DNA of 64,000 nt, taken from positions 246,512,001 through 246,576,000 of the forward strand of contig OZ024741.1 in NCBI GenBank assembly GCA_964016885.1, in the 5' to 3' direction. The notes under the pieces are model-generated. The model ran no database searches and had not been told where the DNA came from. It saw only the letters and a list, made by a program, of their open reading frames with translations. Of this stretch, positions 1-10,500 are shown one piece after another. The stretch comes from Eledone cirrhosa (Eukaryota). Positions within the stretch are counted from its first letter, which is position 1, and every line of letters begins with the position of its first letter. The position numbers and the translations under genes were made by a program.

Positions 1-535
1 ATATGTCTCCTTGGACGGCTGGATATTATCTCCCCTTGGACGGCTGGAAATTATCTCCCCTTGGACGGCTGGAAATTATCTCCCCTTGGATGGCTAGATA
101 TTACCTCCCCTTGGACGGCTGGAAATTATCTCCCCTTGATTTTTTTTACAAATTATCTCCCCCTGATTTTTTTTTACAAATTATCTCCCCCTGATTTTTT
201 TTTTAAAATTATCTCCCCCTGATTTTTGTTTACAAATTATCTCCGCCTGATTTTTTTTAAAAAATTATCTCCCCTTGGACGGCTGGAAATTATCTCCCCT
301 TGGACGGCTGGAAATTATATCTCCTTGGACGGCTAGAATTTACCTCTCCTTGGACGGCTGAAAATTATCTCCCCTTGGACGGCTGGAAATTATCTCCCCT
401 TGATTTTTTTACAAATTATCTCCCCCTGATTTTTTTTTACAAATTATCTCCCCCTGATTTTTTTTTACAAATTATCTCCCCCTGATTTTTTTTTACAAAT
501 TATCTCCCCCTGATTTTTTTACAAATTATCTCACC

Positions 536-760
536 TTGGCTGGCTGGAAATTATCTCCCCTTGGAGGCTGGAACTTATCTCCCCTTGGACGGCTAGAAAT
601 TACCTCTCCTTGGACGGCTGGAAAATATGTCTCCTTGGACGGCTGGATATTATCTCCCCTTGGACGGCTGGAAATTATCTCCCCTTGGACGGCTGGAAAT
701 TATCTCCCCTTGGATGGCTAGATATTACCTCCCCTTGGACGGCTGGAAATTATCTCCCCT
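536..760 (+). repeat. Representative run of type A monomers (consensus TTGGACGGCTGGAAATTATCTCCCC, 25 bp); module M1, about 9 A units
   Basis: Ordered diagnostic variants GGCTGGCTGG / GGAGGCTGGAACTT / CTAGAAATTACC / AAAATATGTCTCC / GGATATTATC / GGATGGCTAGATATTACC. The same module recurs at about 5120, 5744, 10580, 11840, 13490, 17271, 22552, 23177, 27912, 30960, 37380, 40842, 41467, 44856, 48689, 49314, 53949, 57784, 58409, 62735 and 63360. Confidence 0.95.
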
Positions 761-999
761 TGATTTTGTTTACAAATTATCTCCCCCTGATTTTTTTTTA
801 CAAATTATCTCCCCCTGATTTTTTTTTACAAATTATCTCCCCCTGATTTTTGTTTACAAATTATCTCCGCCTGATTTTTTTTTTTAAATTATCTCCCCTT
901 GGACGGCTGGAAATTATCTCCGCTCGGACGGCTAGAAATTACCTCTCCTTGGACGGCTGAAAATTATCTCCCCTTGGACGGCTGGAAATTATCTCCCCT

Positions 1000-1395
1000 T
1001 GATTTTTTTACAAATTATCTCCCCCTGATTTTTTTTTTACAAATTATCTCCCCCTGATTTTTTTTTAGAAATTATCTACCCCTGATTTTTTTTTACAAAT
1101 TATCTCCCCCTGATTTTTTTTTACAAATTATCTACCCCTGATTTTTTTTACAAATTATCTCCCCCTGATTTTTTTTACAAATTATCTCCCCCTGATTTTT
1201 TTTACAAATTATCTCCCCCTGATTTTTTTTTACAAATTATCTCCCCCTGATTTTTTTTACAAATTATCTCCCCCTGATTTTTTTTACAAATTATCTCCCC
1301 CTGATTTTTTTTTACAAATTATCTCCCCCTGATTTTTTTACAAATTATCTCCCCCTGATTTTTTTTACAAATTATCCGCCTGATTTTTTAAAATA
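1000..1395 (+). repeat. Representative long run of type B monomers (consensus CTGATTTTTTTTACAAATTATCTCCCC, T7-T10, 26-29 bp), about 14 units
   Basis: Direct reading. Length varies almost only in the T tract; occasional TCTACCCC and TTAGAAA variants occur. Confidence 0.95.
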
Positions 1396-1399
1396 TTAT

Positions 1400-1790
1400 C
1401 TCCCCTTGGACGGCTGGAAATTATCTGCCCTTGATTTTCTTTTTACAAATTAACTTCCACTGAATTTTTTTACAAATTATCTCCACCTGATTTTTTTAAA
1501 AATTATCTCCCCTTGGAAGGCTGGAAATTATCTCCCCTTGGCTGGAAATTATCTCCCCTTGGACGGCTAGAAATTATCTCTCTTTGGACGGCTGGAAATT
1601 ATCACCCCTTGAGTTTTTTACAAATTATCTCCCCCTGATTTTTTTTACAAATCTCCCAGTGATTTTAAAAAAAAAATTATCTTCCCTTCGCTGGCTGGAA
1701 ATTATCTCCCCTTGGACGCTGGAAATTATAGCCCCTTGGAGGGCTGGAAATTATCTTCCCTTGGACGGCTGGAAATTATCTCCCCTTGAT
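1400..1790 (+). repeat. Module M2: the most variant-rich composite A/B block
   Basis: Ordered markers CTGCCCTTGATTTTCTTTT, AACTTCCACTGA, CCACCTGA, GGAAGGCTGG, 21-bp CCTTGGCTGG unit, CACCCCTTGAG, CCCAGTGA, TTCGCTGG, GGACGCTGG, ATAGCCCC, GGAGGGCTGG. The ORF track gives near-identical translations at 1584, 2637, 4517, 6792, 7733, 13154, 14427, 18525, 24463, 25321, 34762, 42312 and 51405. Confidence 0.92.
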
Positions 1791-3259
1791 TTTTTTTACA
1801 AATTATCTCCCCCTGATTTTTTTTTACAAATTATCTCCCCCTGATTTTTTTTTACAAATTATCTCCCCCTGATTTTTTTTTAGAAATTATCTACCCCTGA
1901 TTTTTTTTTACAAATTATCTCCCCCTGATTTTTTTTTACAAATTATCTACCCCTGATTTTTTTTACAAATTATCTCCCCCTGATTTTTTTTACAAATTAT
2001 CTCCCCCTGATTTTTTTTTTACAAATTATCTCCCCCTGATTTTTTTACAAATTATCTCCCCCTGATTTTTTTTACAAATTATCTCCGCCGGATTTTTTTA
2101 AATATTATCTTCCCTTGGCTTGCGGGAAATTATCTCCCCTTGGACGGCTGAAAATTATCTCCCCTTGGACGGCTGGAAATTATCTCCCCTTGATTTTTTT
2201 TACAAATTATCTCCCCCTGATTTTTTTTTACAAATTATCTCCCCCTGATTTTTTTTACAAATTATCTCCCCCTGATTTTTTTTTACAAATTATCTCCCCC
2301 TGATTTTTTTTACAAATTATCTCCCCCTGATTTTTTTTACAAATTATCTCCCCCTGATTTTTTTTTACAAATTATCTCCCCCTGATTTTTTTACAAATTA
2401 TCTCCCCCTGATTTTTTTTACAAATTATCCGCCTGATTTTTTAAAATATTATCTCCCCTTGGACGGCTGGAAATTATCTGCCCTTGATTTTCTTTTTACA
2501 AATTAACTTCCACTGATTTTTTTTACAAATTATCTCCACCTGATTTTTTTAAAAATTATCTCCCCTTGGAAGGCTGGAAATTATCTCCCCTTGGCTGGAA
2601 ATTATCTCCCCTTGGACGGCTAGAAATTATCTCTCTTTGGACGGCTGGAAATTATCACCCCTTGAGTTTTTTACAAATTATCTCCCCCTGATTTTTTTTA
2701 CAAATCTCCCAGTGATTTTTAAAAAAAAATTATCTTCCCTTCGCTGGCTGGAAATTATCTCCCCTTGGACGCTGGAAATTATAGCCCCTTGGAGGGCTGG
2801 AAATTATCTTCCCTTGGACGGCTGGAAATTATCTCCCCTTGATTTTTTTTACAAATTATCTCCCCCTGATTTTTTTTTACAAATTATCTCCCCCTGATTT
2901 TTTTTTACAACTTATCTGCGCCTGATTTTTTAAAAAAAATTATCTCCCCTTGGACGGCTGGAAATTATCTCCCCTTGGACGGCTGGAAATTATCTCTCCT
3001 TGGACGGCTAGAATTTACCTCTCCTTGGACGGCTGAAAATTATCTCCCCTTGGACGGCTGGAAATTATCTCCCCTTGATTTTTTTTACAAATTATCTCCC
3101 CCTGATTTTTTTTTACAAATTATCTCCCCCTGATTTTTTTTTACAAATTATCTCCCCCTGATTTTTTTTACAAATTATCTCCCCCTGATTTTTTTTTACA
3201 AATTATCTCCCCCTGATTTTTTTTTTACAAATTATCTCCGCCTGATTTTTTTTTTAAAA

Positions 3260-4080
3260 TTACCTCCCCTTGGACGGCTGGAAATTATCTCCCCTTGGAC
3301 GGCTGGAAATTATCTCCCCTTGGACGGCTAGAAATTATCTCTCCTTGGACGGCTGAAAATTATCTCCCCTTGGACGGCTGCAAATTATCTCCCCTTGATT
3401 TTTTTTACAAATTATCTCCCCCTGATTTTTTTTACAAATTATCTCCCCCTGATTTTTTTTACAAATTATCTACCCCTGATTTTTTTTGCAAATTATCTCC
3501 CCCTGATTTTTTTTTACAAATTATCTCCCCCTGATTTTTTTTTACAAATTATCTCCCCCTGATTTTTTTTTTTACAAATTATCTCCCCCTGATTTTTTTA
3601 CAAATTATCTCCCCCTGATTTTTTTTACAATCTCCGCCTGATTTTTTTAAAAATTATCTTCCCTTGGCTGGCGGGAAATTATCTCCCCTTGGACGGCTGG
3701 AAATTATCTCCCCTTGGAAGGATGGAAATTATCTCCCCTTGGACGGCTGGAAATTATCTCCCCTTGCACGGCTGGAAATTATCTCCCCTTGGCTGGAAAT
3801 TATCTCCCCTTGGACGGCTAGAAATTATCTCTCTTTGGACGGCTGGAAATTATCTCCCTTTGATTTTTTTTACAAATTATCTCCCTCTGATTTTTTTTAC
3901 AAATCTCCCCCTGATTTTTTAAAAAAAATTATCTCCCCTTCGCTGGCTGGAAATTATCTTCCCTTGGACGGCTGGAAATTATCTCACCTTGATTTTTTTT
4001 ACAAATTATCTCCGCCTGATTTTTTTTTTAAATTATCTCTCCTTGGACGGCTGGAAATTATCTCCCCTTGATTTTTTTTA
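3260..4080 (+). repeat. Modules M5/M6 (GGCTGCAAA block followed by GGAAGGATGG / TGCACGG block)
   Basis: The M5 translation recurs at 3295, 8391, 19240, 20701, 26089, 29465, 32992, 35558, 39040, 43080, 46888, 52173, 55982 and 61390, usually followed about 370 bp later by M6. Confidence 0.9.
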
Positions 4081-7000
4081 CAAATAATCTCCCCCTGATT
4101 TTTTTTTATAAATTATCTCCCCCTGATTTTTTTTTACAAATTATCTACCCCTGATTTTTTTTTACAAATTATCTCCCCCTGATTTTTTTTACAAATTATC
4201 TCCCCCTGATTTTTCTTTTACAAATTATCTCCCCCTGATTTTTTTACAAATTATCTCCCCCTGATTTTTTTTACAAATTGTCTCCGCCTGATTTTTTTAA
4301 ATATTATCTTCCCTTGGCTGGCGGGAAATTACCTCCCCTTGGACGGCTGGAAATTATCTGCCCTTGATTTTCTTTTTACAAATTATCTTCCACTGATTTT
4401 TTTTACAAATTATCTCCACCTGATTTTTTAAAAAATTATCTCCCCTTGGAAGGCTGGAAATTATCTCCCCTTGGCTGGAAATTATCTCCCCTTGGACGGC
4501 TAGAAATTATCTCTCTTTGGACGGCTGGAAATTATCACCCCTTGATTTTTTAACAAATTATCTCCCCCTGATTTTTTTTACAAATCTCCCAGTGATTTTT
4601 AAAAAAAAATTATCTCCCCTTCGCTGGCTGGAAATTATCTCCCCTTGGACGCTGGAAATTATAGCCCCTTGGAGGGCTGGAAATTATCTTCCCTTGGACG
4701 GCCGGAAATTATCTCCCCTTGATTTTTTTTACAAATTATCTCCCCCTGATTTTTTTTTACAAATTATCTCCCCCTGATTTTTTTTTACAACTTATCTGCG
4801 CCTGATTTTTTTTAAAAAATTATCTCCCCTTGGACGGCTGGAAATTATCTCCCCTTGGACGGCTGGAAATTATCTCTCCTTGGACGGCTAGAATTTACCT
4901 CTCCTTGGACGGCTGAAAATTATCTCCCCTTGGACGGCTGGAAATTATCTCCCCTTGATTTTTTTTACAAATTATCTCCCCCTTTTTTTTTTTTACAAAT
5001 TATCTCCCCCTGATTTTTTTTTACAAATTATCTCCCCCTGATTTTTTTTTACAAATTATCTCCCCCTGATTTTTTTTACAAATTATCTCCCCCCTGATTT
5101 TTTTACAAATTATCTCCCCTTGGCTGGCTGGAAATTATCTCCCCTTGGAGGCTGGAACTTATCTCCCCTTGGACGGCTAGAAATTACCTCTCCTTGGACG
5201 GCTGGAAAATATGTCTCCTTGGACGGCTGGATATTATCTCCCCTTGGACGGCTGGAAATTATCTCCCCTTGGACGGCTGGAAATTATCTCCCCTTGGATG
5301 GCTAGATATTACCTCCCCTTGGACGGCTGGAAATTATCTCCCCTTGATTTTTTTTACAAATTATCTCCCCCTGATTTTTTTTTACAAATTATCTCCCCCT
5401 GATTTTTTTTTTAAAATTATCTCCCCCTGATTTTTGTTTACAAATTATCTCCGCCTGATTTTTTTAAAAAAATTATCTCCCCTTGGACGGCTGGAAATTA
5501 TCTCCCCTTGGACGGCTGGAAATTATATCTCCTTGGACGGCTAGAATTTACCTCTCCTTGGACGGCTGAAAATTATCTCCCCTTGGACGGCTGGAAATTA
5601 TCTCCCCTTGATTTTTTTACAAATTATCTCCCCCTGATTTTTTTTTACAAATTATCTCCCCCTGATTTTTTTTTACAAATTATCTCCCCCTGATTTTTTT
5701 TTACAAATTATCTCCCCCTGATTTTTTTACAAATTATCTCACCTTGGCTGGCTGGAAATTATCTCCCCTTGGAGGCTGGAACTTATCTCCCCTTGGACGG
5801 CTAGAAATTACCTCTCCTTGGACGGCTGGAAAATATGTCTCCTTGGACGGCTGGATATTATCTCCCCTTGGACGGCTGGAAATTATCTCCCCTTGGACGG
5901 CTGGAAATTATCTCCCCTTGGATGGCTAGATATTACCTCCCCTTGGACGGCTGGAAATTATCTCCCCTTGATTTTGTTTACAAATTATCTCCCCCTGATT
6001 TTTTTTTACAAATTATCTCCCCCTGATTTTTTTTTACAAATTATCTCCCCCTGATTTTTGTTTACAAATTATCTCCGCCTGATTTTTTTTTTAAAATTAT
6101 CTCCCCTTGGACGGCTGGAAATTATCTCCGCTCGGACGGCTAGAAATTACCTCTCCTTGGACGGCTGAAAATTATCTCCCCTTGGACGGCTGGAAATTAT
6201 CTCCCCTTGATTTTTTTACAAATTATCTCCCCCTGATTTTTTTTTTACAAATTATCTCCCCCTGATTTTTTTTTAGAAATTATCTACCCCTGATTTTTTT
6301 TTACAAATTATCTCCCCCTGATTTTTTTTTACAAATTATCTACCCCTGATTTTTTTTACAAATTATCTCCCCCTGATTTTTTTTACAAATTATCTCCCCC
6401 TGATTTTTTTTACAAATTATCTCCCCCTGATTTTTTTTTACAAATTATCTCCCCCTGATTTTTTTTACAAATTATCTCCCCCTGATTTTTTTTACAAATT
6501 ATCTCCCCCTGATTTTTTTTTACAAATTATCTCCCCCTGATTTTTTTACAAATTATCTCCCCCTGATTTTTTTTACAAATTATCCGCCTGATTTTTTAAA
6601 ATATTATCTCCCCTTGGACGGCTGGAAATTATCTGCCCTTGATTTTCTTTTTACAAATTAACTTCCACTGAATTTTTTTACAAATTATCTCCACCTGATT
6701 TTTTTAAAAATTATCTCCCCTTGGAAGGCTGGAAATTATCTCCCCTTGGCTGGAAATTATCTCCCCTTGGACGGCTAGAAATTATCTCTCTTTGGACGGC
6801 TGGAAATTATCACCCCTTGAGTTTTTTACAAATTATCTCCCCCTGATTTTTTTTACAAATCTCCCAGTGATTTTTAAAAAAAAATTATCTTCCCTTCGCT
6901 GGCTGGAAATTATCTCCCCTTGGACGCTGGAAATTATAGCCCCTTGGAGGGCTGGAAATTATCTTCCCTTGGACGGCTGGAAATTATCTCCCCTTGATTT

Positions 7001-7549
7001 TTTTTACAAATTATCTCCCCCTGATTTTTTTTTACAAATTATCTACCCCTGATTTTTTTTACAAATTATCTCCCCCTGATTTTTTTTACAAATTATCTCC
7101 CCCTGATTTTTTTTTTACAAATTATCTCCCCCTGATTTTTTTACAAATTATCTCCCCCTGATTTTTTTTACAAATTATCTCCGCCGGATTTTTTTAAATA
7201 TTATCTTCCCTTGGCTTGCGGGAAATTATCTCCCCTTGGACGGCTGAAAATTATCTCCCCTTGGACGGCTGGAAATTATCTCCCCTTGATTTTTTTTACA
7301 AATTATCTCCCCCTGATTTTTTTTTACAAATTATCTCCCCCTGATTTTTTTTACAAATTATCTCCCCCTGATTTTTTTTTACAAATTATCTCCCCCTGAT
7401 TTTTTTTACAAATTATCTCCCCCTGATTTTTTTTACAAATTATCTACCCCTGATTTTTTTTTACAAATTATCTCCCCCTGATTTTTTTACAAATTATCTC
7501 CCCCTGATTTTTTTTACAAATTATCCGCCTGATTTTTTAAAATATTATC

Positions 7550-10500
7550 TCCCCTTGGACGGCTGGAAATTATCTGCCCTTGATTTTCTTTTTACAAATT
7601 AACTTCCACTGATTTTTTTTACAAATTATCTCCACCTGATTTTTTTAAAAATTATCTCCCCTTGGAAGGCTGGAAATTATCTCCCCTTGGCTGGAAATTA
7701 TCTCCCCTTGGACGGCTAGAAATTATCTCTCTTTGGACGGCTGGAAATTATCACCCCTTGAGTTTTTTACAAATTATCTCCCCCTGATTTTTTTTACAAA
7801 TCTCCCAGTGATTTTTAAAAAAAAATTATCTTCCCTTCGCTGGCTGGAAATTATCTCCCCTTGGACGCTGGAAATTATAGCCCCTTGGAGGGCTGGAAAT
7901 TATCTTCCCTTGGACGGCTGGAAATTATCTCCCCTTGATTTTTTTTACAAATTATCTCCCCCTGATTTTTTTTTACAAATTATCTCCCCCTGATTTTTTT
8001 TTACAACTTATCTGCGCCTGATTTTTTAAAAAAAATTATCTCCCCTTGGACGGCTGGAAATTATCTCCCCTTGGACGGCTGGAAATTATCTCTCCTTGGA
8101 CGGCTAGAATTTACCTCTCCTTGGACGGCTGAAAATTATCTCCCCTTGGACGGCTGGAAATTATCTCCCCTTGATTTTTTTTACAAATTATCTCCCCCTG
8201 ATTTTTTTTTACAAATTATCTCCCCCTGATTTTTTTTTACAAATTATCTCCCCCTGATTTTTTTTACAAATTATCTCCCCCTGATTTTTTTTTACAAATT
8301 ATCTCCCCCTGATTTTTTTTTTACAAATTATCTCCGCCTGATTTTTTTTTTAAAATTACCTCCCCTTGGACGGCTGGAAATTATCTCCCCTTGGACGGCT
8401 GGAAATTATCTCCCCTTGGACGGCTAGAAATTATCTCTCCTTGGACGGCTGAAAATTATCTCCCCTTGGACGGCTGCAAATTATCTCCCCTTGATTTTTT
8501 TTACAAATTATCTCCCCCTGATTTTTTTTACAAATTATCTCCCCCTGATTTTTTTTACAAATTATCTACCCCTGATTTTTTTTACAAATTATCTCCCCCT
8601 GATTTTTTTTTACAAATTATCTCCCCCTGATTTCTTTTTACAAATTATCTCCCCCTGATTTTTTTTTTACAAATTATCTCCCCCTGATTTTTTTACAAAG
8701 TATCTCCCCCTGATTTTTTTTACAATCTCCGCCTGATTTTTTTAAAAATTATCTTCCCTTGGCTGGCGGGAAATTATCTCCCCTTGGACGGCTGGAAATT
8801 ATCTCCCCTTGGAAGGATGGAAATTATCTCCCCTTGGACGGCTGGAAATTATCTCCCCTTGAACGGCTGGAAATTATCTCCCCTTGGCTGGAAATTATCT
8901 CCCCTTGGACGGCTAGAAATTATCTCTCTTTGGACGGCTGGAAATTATCTCCCTTTGATTTTTTTTACAAATTATCTCCCTCTGATTTTTTTTACAAATC
9001 TCCCCCTGATTTTTTTAAAAAAATTATCTCCCCTTCGCTGGCTGGAAATTATCTTCCCTTGGACGGCTGGAAATTATCTCCCCTTGATTTTTTTTACAAA
9101 TTATCTTCGCCTGATTTTTTTTTTAAATTATCTCTCCTTGGACGGCTGGAAATTATCTCCCCTTGATTTTTTTTACAAATAATCTCCCCCTGATTTTTTT
9201 TTATAAATTATCTCCCCCTGATTTTTTTTTACAAATTATCTACCCCTGATTTTTTTTTACAAATTATCTCCCCCTGATTTTTTTTACAAATTATCTCCCC
9301 CTGATTTTTCTTTTACAAATTACCTCCCCCTGATTTTTTTACAAATTATCTCCCCCTGATTTTTTTTACAAATTGTCTCCGCCTGATTTTTTTAAATATT
9401 ATCTTCCCTTGGCTGGCGGGAAATTACCTCCCCTTGGACGGCTGGAAATTATCTGCCCTTGATTTTCTTTTTACAAATTATCTTCCACTGATTTTTTTTA
9501 CAAATTATCTCCACCTGATTTTTTAAAAAATTATCTCCCCTTGGAAGGCTGGAAATTATCTCCCCTTGGACGGCTAGAAATTATCTCTCTTTGGACGGCT
9601 GGAAATTATCACCCCTTGAGTTTTTTACAAATTATCTCCCCCTGATTTTTTTTACAAATCTCCCAGTGATTTTTTAAAAAAAATTATCTCCCCTTCGCTG
9701 GCTGGAAATTATCTCCCCTTGGACGCTGGAAATTATAGCCCTTTGGAGGGCTGGAAATTATCTTCCCTTGGACGGCTGGAAATTATCTCCCCTTGATTTT
9801 TTTTACAAATTATCTCCCCCTGATTTTTTTTTACAAATTATCTCCCCCTGATGTTTTTTTACAACTTATCTGCGCCTGATTTTTTTAAAAAAATTATCTC
9901 CCCTTGGACGGCTGGAAATTATCTCCCCTTGGACGGCTGGAAATTATCTCTCCTTGGACGGCTAGAATTTACCTCTCCTTGGACGGCTGAAAATTATCTC
10001 CCCTTGAACGGCTGGAAATTATCTCCCCTTGATTTTTTTTACAAATTATCTCCCCCTTTTTTTTTTTTACAAATTATCTCCCCCTGATTTTTTTTTACAA
10101 ATTATCTCCCCCTGATTTTTTTTTACAAATTATCTCCCCCTGATTTTTTTTACAAATTATCTCCCCCCTGATTTTTTTACAAATTATCTCCCCTTGGCTG
10201 GTTGGAAATTATCTCCCCTTGGAGGCTGGAACTTATCTCCCCTTGGACGGCTAGAAATTACCTCTCCTTGGACGGCTGGAAAATATGTCTCCTTGGACGG
10301 CTGGATATTATCTCCCCTTGGACGGCTGGAAATTATCTCCCCTTGGACGGCTGGAAATTATATCTCCTTGGACGGCTAGAATTTACCTCTCCTTGGACGG
10401 CTGAAAATTATCTCCCCTTGGACGGCTGGAAATTATCTCCCCTTGATTTTTTTTACAAATTATCTCCCCCTGATTTTTTTTTACAAATTATCTCCCCCTG

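Larger units (their letters stand above)
1..10300 (+). repeat. Tandem higher-order duplication with period 5208 bp, shifting to about 5096 bp
   Basis: Identical ORF-track entries are offset by 5208 (3/5211, 300/5508, 536/5744, 1584/6792), then 5096/5095 (2115/7211, 2637/7733, 3295/8391, 3664/8759). Shared private variants include CTCCGCTCGGAC (~918/~6126) and CTCACCTTGG (~530/~5738). Confidence 0.9.

Noticed and set aside
1000-1395. T tracts as intrinsic or Pol III terminators
   Set aside because: There is no upstream GC hairpin, no A/B-box and no transcription unit; the tracts are simply part of the B monomer.
4315-4340. NF-kB/Rel-like site GGGAAATTACC
   Set aside because: It does not fit GGGRNWYYCC exactly and arises from a minor variant; there is no supporting context.
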